A DNA stretch of 64,000 bases, from assembly GCA_020184695.1 (NCBI GenBank), contig JAANOX010000138.1:24107-88106 (forward strand). Direction: 5' to 3'. Origin of the DNA: Histomonas meleagridis 2922-C6/04-290x. Taxonomy: Eukaryota > Protista > Parabasalia. The notes beneath the pieces were generated by a model, which did not search any database, had not been told where the DNA came from, and saw only the letters and a program-made list of their open reading frames with translations. Positions within the stretch are counted from its first letter, which is position 1; each line of letters begins with the position of its first letter. Shown piece by piece: positions 55,301 to 64,000 of this stretch. The position numbers were made by a program, and so were the translations under genes.

Positions 55301-55472
55301 AGAAATAGTTCTTTCTATTGAAAACATATCAAAATATTTATTAAACATATTAAATCTAATTACACTAAAATCAAATATAAAAAACCTAAAGGAAGCCAGA
55401 GAAGAAATTCTCAAAAGTCTAAACTTTTATCCATTGAATGACAATTTAAGTCTTCTTCTAAGCCATGATTAA
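52359..55472 (+). CDS. large hypothetical protein, possible degenerate RalGAP/tuberin-like C-terminus
   Basis: 1037-aa open frame in very AT-rich DNA; SLVMISRAYFGKSVW and IELVHILD..Q..NN.....LYFLQNIG resemble RapGAP-family N-terminal motifs. Confidence 0.5.
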   Translation: MKTENNSPFFHPILLELGLFPDDSKDYMLSLSDIKEISKPIMQILKCLDNKYDKKYSKSKYFKMIEFYAYGLSLNPADFRTISIAQKRYSEWLSDTSFLGNINRQNKYIKLMIKQLSIPFNFDLRGEIPNQYYQILFDILNDYTKFCLKRGRQNDEINETLFYVLTGIVEYILEISSNEHNIINKLLYKSIKCYFKVAYFCNNDKTWIKVIEITKNWFNNTTFMQIWKNYFLFSFKKMIYTTYDKSEENEKANVMLFYKHMYLMLNIKMLKKSPILLNLVYKALIDTITIIRKHAAKHSKLLLVKFPLETYVNLFGKIIYLKFNDSKDFQICILRKIKLIILIITELSWNSNDNSYQHIKKLISNLVTMLNSKGIVIFLRYGSSLYDNDSGFSYFISSLFISKFFKFISKRPKNTHRKNNGFCNALVSFFISSSVTLGISNENYETVQTSIASQLWSFINSYETKYFLLSFLLSSGVNKKIVIKCIQDFFYNCDLIYKVDYNYNLIEKFISFVGTFICIDPKFLEQNDNSHLYNDILNSVIKMNDRIKEKSFIKILIVTLHMLISLMEYIPSYISKQETFTKVKVFLNFVDNYQIKMNKKILLLAKSQSKINHKLYTQKGSFPSNERNEQNDINQIEILRTLYDKLQSKIIFNLPLFAKGKYQKINEEFIQENEAFGDQISYYFVNNTLVTMIQKISGKGSLVMISRAYFGKSVWILENDLKGELEPRLSDEIKTEKHEYKESSCLHQEDNFITNIETLTSEDLLEPEKEFRENFCNLKFESCVDLFDHKEPYLRPRIYEFLATTCFIESNNKVQLRVIKDSNFVKSIIKSYDEVDDTIFTPIELVHILDLCQSICNDQNNMDRMTNAMLYFLQNIGVPMNISKEMSIKYDLPNFKEPVPTIPYFNGFGYIFSLVMVNKEKDLKKLQSLDPPIRIIFNETKRKLNLNYNIKKVPITLILTPFSYRIYRVLCISDEFSPFPGEIVLSIENISKYLLNILNLITLKSNIKNLKEAREEILKSLNFYPLNDNLSLLLSHD

Positions 55473-55537
55473 AATTATATAAATAAAAAATTAAAAATTT
55501 AAATATTTTTCAATAAATAATCACTAATATTAAACGT

Positions 55538-56626
55538 TTATAGATTTCCTCTTATAATTGAGCCACCAGTTTCTTCAACTGTTTTTCCACAATATGCATG
55601 AACATTAGTATAAACCTTTTCATCGAAGCAAACAATGTAAACATCCAAACCCGACGCTACTATTATATCCTTACACTCATTTATTGCGTCAGTGACAATT
55701 TGCATTGGCGTTAGAAAAACTCCGCCTCCAATCAATGTTAGGAAGCACTTATTCGATCCAGGTCTTCCTGGGAAATTCAGTGAATTCTCCCAAGCTGCGA
55801 GGATTGTTGCCCGATATTCAGCACGAAGAATATAAGACGCAATACGATAGACAAACGGATCCTTCGAACCGTAATTATTGAATGCAACCGCCGAACAAAA
55901 CACTTGATGCACTCTTTGGGGCGGTGGAACAAGCTTAAACATTCCATGAGGTGCGCGGTCCATAGTAACGTCGACTTCGGTGTGAAGGCCAATGGGATAA
56001 TGATCAAGATTTTCCCAATCAAATTGAATAAATTGAGGATCCTTAGCTAGACTTTCAGGAATGTAAGTATACCCGTCATGTACTGGAATAGGAGTTTCTG
56101 AGAGAAGATTGAGATCATTATTGATATCTACTTGCCCAATGGTGCCATTTGGAAGTGGAAGAAAATATTGACGGTAAAGAAGAGCAGGACCACATGCAAC
56201 ATCAGCAGGAGGTCCTTGGACAAGTCTGGTGTAATATTCAGAACATGTTCCTTGTGGAGGACGATGATTTCCTTGAGGAACGTGATCAAGACAATTAAAA
56301 TTGGAAGCTACCTGAAATGTGGCGCCATGGTTATCTGGATTAGCTTCAGCTGCAATTACATCAACAAGATTTAAAGGATTTGATTTGGTTCCATTACCTC
56401 TGATAAGATGAAGCTTACCACCGCCTCGAGGAGTAAGTCTTTGAAATGATGAAAGTTTTCTGATTTCGAAATGTCCAGCACAATATTTAGCCAAATTAAC
56501 TTTAGAACGTAGAAAAACGAAGCCACCTTCTTCATGAACTTCAAAATTTTCATTGACGCTTTGAAGGTTCTCTTTGAATCCGAACATCCTTTCAAACCAT
56601 TCTTCTGAGTTCTCGAAGGGTTCCAT
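55538..56626 (-). CDS. macrodomain/PARG-like fold protein (microbial-type), putative ADP-ribose-processing enzyme
   Basis: WFERMFGFKE, FQVASNFNCL, VQGP..VAC, LTLIGGGVF (macro-like GxGxF loop); family assignment is inference. Confidence 0.5.
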   Translation of the reverse strand: MEPFENSEEWFERMFGFKENLQSVNENFEVHEEGGFVFLRSKVNLAKYCAGHFEIRKLSSFQRLTPRGGGKLHLIRGNGTKSNPLNLVDVIAAEANPDNHGATFQVASNFNCLDHVPQGNHRPPQGTCSEYYTRLVQGPPADVACGPALLYRQYFLPLPNGTIGQVDINNDLNLLSETPIPVHDGYTYIPESLAKDPQFIQFDWENLDHYPIGLHTEVDVTMDRAPHGMFKLVPPPQRVHQVFCSAVAFNNYGSKDPFVYRIASYILRAEYRATILAAWENSLNFPGRPGSNKCFLTLIGGGVFLTPMQIVTDAINECKDIIVASGLDVYIVCFDEKVYTNVHAYCGKTVEETGGSIIRGNL

Positions 56627-56986
56627 TTGAAGAAATTTTTTTGATTTAGTAAAGTATTGAATTTAAGCATATTTTGAGGCGCCCTAAAATCAAAAGGGCA
56701 ATTTTCAAAGATTTTTAGAGATAGTTTGCTATCTCCATTTTCTCCTGAGATCTAAGTCAAAAGGATCATGTAACAAAAAAGCCTAGAGTTATAACAAGAT
56801 ATTCTTAAATTTATAAATTAAAACATCGATCTGAATTGAATAAATTTACAATATTTTCAATAAAGATTTTCTCACATTTTGAATCCTACAAAGAAAGTTT
56901 ATCAATACATAAAATATATATATTTTTTTTAAATCTGATCACATGGCTTGAAAAAAAAAGAAAAAATAGGGTACCCTATTGCTTTG

Positions 56987-59900
56987 ATGAACGATAATAA
57001 AACCAACATATTCGCAGCAATATTTTCGCGATATGTTGAAAGTTCAGGCCTACATGTGATATATGCTTTAGCGGAATTCGAAAAAAAAGCGGAAATTGGT
57101 GAAGAAACAAATAATGAAATACTTGAATCAATTTTTGAATATTTTCCAAGAAAGATGAAATTTTATGCATCAGCCATTGATGAAATTACAGAAATGTTTG
57201 AATTTGGAAGTGATGAAGCATTACAATATTTATCAAAAGTCATCAAAGGAATTCTAAAAGATTCACATAGCACACCATTTTCTGAAATCCAAGGGATATC
57301 TCCCAGTTTTGATCCACAAAATCGACATCATGTTTTATTATTTTATTATTTTGCCATGTTTTTTGTTACTGATTTAACATGCCATCTTATAGCAAACCAT
57401 GGTCCAGGGAAAGCATCAAGTTTTGTTCTTCGTGCGGGTTATAACTTTTCTACGTCACAACATTATTTACCAAATCTTGGAATTAAAATAATTCGTCAAT
57501 GGTCAGTCATTTATTCCATCATTTCCGAAACGGATTTTTCTTCTGTATCACAAATCTTTTCTTTATTTGCAACCTCAAATGATTTTACAGTTCCGTTTAT
57601 TCTTTTTCGATTTATACGGTTTGATTGTGACAGTGGTTTTGGCTCTGTATTTTTTGATCAGATAATGACAACATTTAAGCAACTTCTAAAGAAAAAATCA
57701 GTAAATAATGAAATCTTAGAATCAATTGGATTTATGCTATTAACTCTTCCTTATTCCGAGGATACTTTTCAAGAAATCTATAACCTAATCCATCCTCTAA
57801 AACGAGAGAAAAATTTTTCTGATTTTTCAAGAACACTTTGTTACTTATTGATTTCAAGGTTGCCGAAAAGGGCACCCCAATTAACCCGTTTATTTAAAAA
57901 GAAAATAATTTCACAAGCTTCTGATCGTCTCAAAGTCAGAAATTTAATTTTCAACTTTTTTTTAGTTTATCATTCACGTAACCCAGATCCCAATTGTTTA
58001 TTTTGGGAATGGGGCAAAAATCCACGGTCATCACCACTTAGTTATATTAAGTCCAGATCTGTCATTGAATTTCCACAAGAAGATCCACGATCATTTACCT
58101 CATTATTCATGAGCAGCTTTTTTCTTAAATCAGATTTTAGTATTTCACCAAAAATTTTTAAAATAGTCTTAATTGTATTAGCAGGATTAGATTTTACTTA
58201 TTTTATAAAAAATGTATTACCGAAATTCATTGAACTTAATAATAATGATTCACGATTTATTACATTATTATCTATTGTACCCGAAATTAATTCGAATGAT
58301 TTTATTAAAAATGCATTTCAAACAGTAACTAAAGAACAACAAAATGAATTTAACTCAATCTTAAACACTAAAGTTAAATCATGTTTAAATGAATTTAATA
58401 ATAATGATATAGTTAATAAAAATCCGATATTTTTACAAGCAACGAATTTAATACTTTCTTCAATAACATCACAAGAAGCAGATCAAAAGATATCAACCAT
58501 TTTAGACGATTGGGATATTCATGAATATAGTGAATTATTAATTGAGCATAAAAAGAACGAATATTATGAAAAGAATTTCACATTAATTGGGAAATTAATT
58601 CCGACATTAAAATACATATTTTCGATAAATGATTTTTCATCAAAGAAATTAATTAAATTACTGATAAAACTTTGTAATCATGATAATATTAAAATTGCTT
58701 CGACGTCTTATGATATATGTAAAAATATATTAATTAAATTACCAAATATTACTAATTATATGGAAATATTATTAAAATTGTCTTGTAAAGATATTATACC
58801 TGAAAGTTTTTTCACAAAGTTATCATTGATTTTTTATATACTAAAATATACTAAAGAAATATTCTCAATAAAAATGTTACATGAACTTGAATTCTTTATG
58901 TTATGTTGTCTTTCATCAATGTATCCTTCAACACGGAAATTAGCTTATACAATTCTAATGAAAATTAATGAGTTATTAAATTCAAATGGTTTAATGTCAT
59001 TTATATTATCGAATAATAAAACTTTAGAGAAATCAGTAAAGTTTAAAATATATTATAAAACGCATTTAAATGTTTTTGAGCCAATAAAAAAAATTCCACA
59101 AAGTGTAATAACATTAGAAATCGCTTTAATTTCTCATTATTATGATATATGGTTATATTTTTTATCAGGAATTTTTGATTTGGTTATATTTTGTAATTAT
59201 GTTCCAATATTAAATTTTTTTCAAGAACGAAAAGAAAATCTTATAAAACAAATATTAAAATGTGATGAATTAAGAAGGCCTACATCTATAGGGTTATTAT
59301 TACTTACAATAAATTCACAATATTATTTACCTACAATATTATATTTTAACTTCATTAAAAACTTCAAACAATTCGAACCTTTTAATAAAGATTTCATTGA
59401 TAATCGAGAATTTTTTTGTAATACTATTAATAACTTATTAACATCGAATAATGAATCGATTTATAATACTACATTAACAGTATTATCACATTTAAATTTC
59501 TCACTTTTAAGTGTAACAATTGATATATTTTCTAATTTATCAATTGATTTAATACCTAAAGTCACAAACATTTTAGCAAGTTTAATAAAAAATCCGATTT
59601 TCGAAAAGAAATTTTTTAAACATAATACACCACGCTTTATAAACTTTTTTAATTCATTACATTATTATATAACGCAAAAGAAATTAAATAACTTACGTCG
59701 TATAAAAAATTGGACCGAAGATAAAGAGAAATGTTTAATATATAATTTAACATTTTTACTTGATTATTGCCAAATCATATACATCGTATTTAATTCATAT
59801 CTTAATATTATACCTGATGAAGTTTGGCCTGTTAATTCACGTGGTACAATGTTACAATTCTTAGTTAATTGGGGTTTAACGCAATCTAAAGCATTACAAA

Positions 59901-62050
59901 CATTACGTGATGAAGTTGAAATGAATTTAGTATTAATCATTAGTAAAGGTCAAATATTTAAAGAAGCAATTGTTGAAGATGATGTATCATTATCATATTT
60001 TTCTGAGTTAGAATTAAAAGGAAAAACACTTTTAACGAATTTATTGATATATAATTTCGATGTTTTATTTAAACATTATTTGATTAATAGTTTTACTCAA
60101 AAGACAATTTATTCATTGTTATATATATCATCGATAATTAAAGGGATTTCATTTAATTCAAAAGATTTAATTATATCAAATTTCGGTCACATATTATTAG
60201 TATTAGAAATATATATTATATATAATAATAATCAAATTCCTAAAACGTTTTTAGAGAATTTATATAATTTCTTAATAATGAATAAGTATATAAATGATGA
60301 ACCTATTGATTTAACTCAATCTCCTTCAATATTATTTTCATTTGCTACTGAATCTATTTTTTCTGCTTCTTTTAACATAATAAAAAATACGCATAATAAC
60401 TTAATAAAAGATATTTTGGATATATTAATACATTGGTGTAAAAATATTCGATTATTACCAATGCATTATCAATGTACACAAAACATATTTAAAGAATTTA
60501 ATTATTTTACTCCATATCAATTCTTATGTAACTTAATGGAAATGACTGAGTTAATTGAGCCCGAATATTTTAGTAATATTTCATCTATTTGGATAGAACT
60601 CATTCAATATCCTGATCATAATGTTTTATTACCTGTTTTCATTATAAACTTTTGGAAAAACACTGAGACTAAAACATTATTAATATCATCGATAACTAAA
60701 ACTAATCCGATTTATATGGCTAAACGATTATTTTCACGTTTTTCATTTTCATATTATTATTACATAACGCAAATTAAGAAACAACCAATTGAACCCGAAA
60801 TAAATTGGTTATATAATTTTTTACCAATACTTAAAAACACATTTAAAGAAATAATAAATGAATTACCATCGATTTTACATTTCACTTTATTATTTCGGAA
60901 TAAAGCTAATAAAATACTTGTTGATATTATTATGAATATATATAACATCGACTTAGAAATTAATTTCTTTTCCATCCCGAGAGCTAATTTCCATAAAATT
61001 ATTGATCAAGTCATCGAAAAACTTGGTGGAGTTAACTCGCAAGTTGTTAGGGATTGGGGTAATGAATCATTGATTTGGGTATTTGGTTGTCCCGAATTAG
61101 AGAAAGTTATAATTTCATTACATATTTATAATCATATTTTTTATCCTTATGATGAAAATATTCCAAATTATATATTAAATATCTTTTCTTATCATTTAAA
61201 GAATAACTCACAAGAAATATCTTTATTAAGTGATTTATTAATTGAAGTTTTTTATTTGATAATGAATTATAATAAAATTACTTTCGATTTTTCATTAAAA
61301 TTCCATTTGTCATTTCTCGACTCGAAAATTCTTTCACAATCGATAAATATATCGCCGAATTTCTTCATAAGTATATATAAAAATATAATATTTGACCAAC
61401 AATTTCCGAATGAATTTGTGATACCAATGATTAAGCCTTTCATTCCTTATATCGAATCGGATAATATTATTCAAGAGTTCTTCGATAAATTAATCGACTT
61501 ATGGAAAATTAATGAGTTAATGTTAATAGTTTTACCTTTAAAAATTTCGTTTCCGAATAACTTTCATTCGTGTCCAAGTTCTTTTGTAATATTTGAGCAA
61601 TCGACTGAGAGTGATTTATGTAATGTATTAACACATTACAGTAATATGTGTGAGAAAGCATCAACGCAAATATTAAATAACATATTCGATATATCATCGA
61701 AAATATTTGTGAAAATCGAAAATAATAATAATTTATTAATACCTTTGAGTAAAATTTATCAGTTTTCTTTGCGTTTTATCTTTAAATGTCCGAAAGCTCA
61801 TTCTTTTATTGAAGTAATATGTAAAAAACAACCAAACATAGCTTCATTTATGAATATAAATTTTGATGATAAATGTTTAAGATCAATTAAAGACATAAAT
61901 CGATCTTTAAAGAATTTAATAAAACCTATAAAAAATACTTCGTCGAATATAACTGATTGTAAGTCATATCAATCTGTTTTGAACTTTTTGTTCATGGATA
62001 ATTCGTCAATTAAAATCCGAAGAATTTGGTGTTTAAGCCTGAACTGTTAA
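56987..62050 (+). CDS. very large helical-repeat protein, possibly Furry/MOR2-PAG1-like
   Basis: ~1690-aa open frame; helical-repeat-like composition; first in-frame ATG 56987; homology call is tentative. Confidence 0.5.
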   Translation: MNDNKTNIFAAIFSRYVESSGLHVIYALAEFEKKAEIGEETNNEILESIFEYFPRKMKFYASAIDEITEMFEFGSDEALQYLSKVIKGILKDSHSTPFSEIQGISPSFDPQNRHHVLLFYYFAMFFVTDLTCHLIANHGPGKASSFVLRAGYNFSTSQHYLPNLGIKIIRQWSVIYSIISETDFSSVSQIFSLFATSNDFTVPFILFRFIRFDCDSGFGSVFFDQIMTTFKQLLKKKSVNNEILESIGFMLLTLPYSEDTFQEIYNLIHPLKREKNFSDFSRTLCYLLISRLPKRAPQLTRLFKKKIISQASDRLKVRNLIFNFFLVYHSRNPDPNCLFWEWGKNPRSSPLSYIKSRSVIEFPQEDPRSFTSLFMSSFFLKSDFSISPKIFKIVLIVLAGLDFTYFIKNVLPKFIELNNNDSRFITLLSIVPEINSNDFIKNAFQTVTKEQQNEFNSILNTKVKSCLNEFNNNDIVNKNPIFLQATNLILSSITSQEADQKISTILDDWDIHEYSELLIEHKKNEYYEKNFTLIGKLIPTLKYIFSINDFSSKKLIKLLIKLCNHDNIKIASTSYDICKNILIKLPNITNYMEILLKLSCKDIIPESFFTKLSLIFYILKYTKEIFSIKMLHELEFFMLCCLSSMYPSTRKLAYTILMKINELLNSNGLMSFILSNNKTLEKSVKFKIYYKTHLNVFEPIKKIPQSVITLEIALISHYYDIWLYFLSGIFDLVIFCNYVPILNFFQERKENLIKQILKCDELRRPTSIGLLLLTINSQYYLPTILYFNFIKNFKQFEPFNKDFIDNREFFCNTINNLLTSNNESIYNTTLTVLSHLNFSLLSVTIDIFSNLSIDLIPKVTNILASLIKNPIFEKKFFKHNTPRFINFFNSLHYYITQKKLNNLRRIKNWTEDKEKCLIYNLTFLLDYCQIIYIVFNSYLNIIPDEVWPVNSRGTMLQFLVNWGLTQSKALQTLRDEVEMNLVLIISKGQIFKEAIVEDDVSLSYFSELELKGKTLLTNLLIYNFDVLFKHYLINSFTQKTIYSLLYISSIIKGISFNSKDLIISNFGHILLVLEIYIIYNNNQIPKTFLENLYNFLIMNKYINDEPIDLTQSPSILFSFATESIFSASFNIIKNTHNNLIKDILDILIHWCKNIRLLPMHYQCTQNIFKEFNYFTPYQFLCNLMEMTELIEPEYFSNISSIWIELIQYPDHNVLLPVFIINFWKNTETKTLLISSITKTNPIYMAKRLFSRFSFSYYYYITQIKKQPIEPEINWLYNFLPILKNTFKEIINELPSILHFTLLFRNKANKILVDIIMNIYNIDLEINFFSIPRANFHKIIDQVIEKLGGVNSQVVRDWGNESLIWVFGCPELEKVIISLHIYNHIFYPYDENIPNYILNIFSYHLKNNSQEISLLSDLLIEVFYLIMNYNKITFDFSLKFHLSFLDSKILSQSINISPNFFISIYKNIIFDQQFPNEFVIPMIKPFIPYIESDNIIQEFFDKLIDLWKINELMLIVLPLKISFPNNFHSCPSSFVIFEQSTESDLCNVLTHYSNMCEKASTQILNNIFDISSKIFVKIENNNNLLIPLSKIYQFSLRFIFKCPKAHSFIEVICKKQPNIASFMNINFDDKCLRSIKDINRSLKNLIKPIKNTSSNITDCKSYQSVLNFLFMDNSSIKIRRIWCLSLNC

Positions 62051-62478
62051 ATGTGGTGACAACGGAAAGAAGAAGAAAATTGTCATCGATGCACGAGTTT
62101 TTGGGTTTAAGACACTCGTCATCGGTACATTTTGCGCAGAAATAATATTTAATATAAATAAATATATGTGTTTTTTAAAATGTTTGTAAAAACTAATTAT
62201 TAATTTATTTAAAATTTATAAAGAATAAAACAAAAGCAAAAAGATCATGGAAATTCGATTTTATATTGACTGAAATAATAAAAAGCCCTTCTCATGATAA
62301 TATAAAATAATTACATGATGCTATAAAATTTAATCGATTAGATTAGAGAATATTATATTCCATTAACTTTTTGAATATTTCTACCTGTATATTTCAGAGC
62401 ATCCTCGTTTTCTCCTCAATTTTGGATCGTATTTCAAAAATATTTTTGCACTTTCCTATTTGCAATTGACAAAGATTA

Positions 62479-64000
62479 ATGGGAAATAGTCAAGGTCAAA
62501 TTAAAGGAAAAAATAAAGATTTTATAGGAATATTGCAACAAATAGAAGACGATATCTTCAAAATGAATGAAAATAATATTCCAGAAACAGTTGAATCAAC
62601 ATTACATTTTAAAACTCAGCAATATTCATATTCGATTAAGCTTATAATATGTCAATTACTTTATTCATATTTTCTAATGGAAAATCAAAATATACAATTA
62701 ATTTTTGAATATATAAAATTATTTAAAATAAAAGAAGAAGAATTATATAAGGAAAATAATGATATCAAAAATGAAACAGAAGAAGATAATATAATTAATA
62801 TTTTTACAGATTTTCTTTTTAATTTTGAAACACAAGAATCAAATTATATTCTCGAAAGATTAACGAAAAATAAAATAATTGAAGAAAAAAAATATATTAA
62901 AGAAGGACATAATCCAAATGAAATAGCAAAAAAATTATTCGAAATGATGATATGGAAAAACTTCAAGAAATATCATCACAAACAAACTTTGATTTTAATC
63001 AAACAGTTGAACCATCACTTTATGAAAGGTGTTCATTTATTAATCAAGAAAATGTTTCATTAATTGATTATGCAGCATTTTTTTCTTCAGTTAAATGTTT
63101 TAAATATTTACTTATGAATGGTTCTAAAATAGATAACACAGGTAAATATGCAATTGCAGGTGGAAATGAAGAAATAATTCATTTATGTGAACAAAATCAT
63201 TCATCTTTTGAAGATGCATATAAAGCTGCAATTGAATTTCATCGAAAATGATATCTTTAAATATATTTATGAAAATAAATTAGGATATATTCTGCATAAT
63301 GATTTATTAACAGATTGTGTTATTTATTATAATTATGAAATACTTTCCTTTTTAATCGATAAAGAAAATAAAAATATTAAGGAACTTATTACAGCTTCGA
63401 TTAAAACAGGAAATATATTTTTATTTAAATATTTTGTAAAAAATAATACAGACAAAATTCCAAAAAATGTTTTAAGTTTGATTTTAATTTCAAGAAATAA
63501 AGAACTTTTTAAATATCTTCTTAAAAATAAATTTATAATGATTAAAAGTAATGATGATAATTCATTCATTTATATTTAGTTTTATATCAATAATTTAGTG
63601 TATCAAAAATTTTATTGCCGTTTTATTTAATTATTTTATTTAAAAATTATAAATAATTTTAGTTCCACAGAAATATATAAGTTCTTATTCAAGCAAAAGA
63701 AAATCGAAATTAATGTTGAAAGAGCATTTATGGTAGCATCAGAAAATGGTAGTACAAAAATTGTTAAATTACTTCTTGAACAAAAGGAATTGATATTAAT
63801 GCTAAAGATTATTATTTGTTTTTATTTGAAATTTATATTCCAAAATAATACTTGGAAATTATTTAAATTATTTTGGACAGCACCCTACATTAGCATCTGA
63901 AAATGGTCCTTACAGAAATAGTTAAATTACTTCTTGAACAAAAAGGAATTGATATTAATGCTAAAGATATTTATTTATTATATTTAATATTTCTTTTTAA
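62479..64000 (+). pseudogene. DUF3447 + ankyrin-repeat gene with frameshifts, truncated by window end (locus E)
   Basis: fragments 62479-63063, 62952-63251, 63187-63579 join into one DUF3447 protein via small indels; ankyrin units near 63720 and 63877 with the same insert type. Confidence 0.7.

Noticed and set aside
1-64000. Autonomous transposon, Maverick/Polinton or canonical ACTAAC-AG introns
   Set aside because: No transposase, integrase, polymerase B or capsid ORF was recognised, and no sense-strand ACTAAC..AG intron motif interrupts any housekeeping gene.

Overview
AT-rich eukaryotic genomic DNA, most consistent with a parabasalid (trichomonad-like protist). Support: BspA-type LRR surface protein, DUF3447+ankyrin family, expanded kinases/Myb/small GTPases, and M5-like CCTTT boxes before ribosomal protein genes. 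About 30 compact, apparently intronless genes are present (beta-tubulin, RPL9, RPL6, IFT81, copine, calnexin, four kinases, MBOAT, PP2C, tRNA-Glu), plus several bacterial-type enzymes and decayed gene relics. The most striking feature is five dispersed DUF3447-ankyrin loci. In these, almost every ankyrin repeat is separated from the next by an AT-rich intervening sequence at the same position (after ..NAKD, before TAL/TPL). The spacing is tightly length-conserved (80 nt in three loci, 46 nt in a fourth) even when the sequences diverge. Most inserts break the frame or carry stops, and none has a frame-restoring GT-AG pair or the trichomonad ACTAAC branch motif. This points to a non-canonical, length-defined excision (or bypass) system acting on one-repeat-per-exon ankyrin arrays. 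Many ORF-track starts are upstream TTG/GTG extensions; I give the more likely ATG starts. All coordinates and counts were read by hand.
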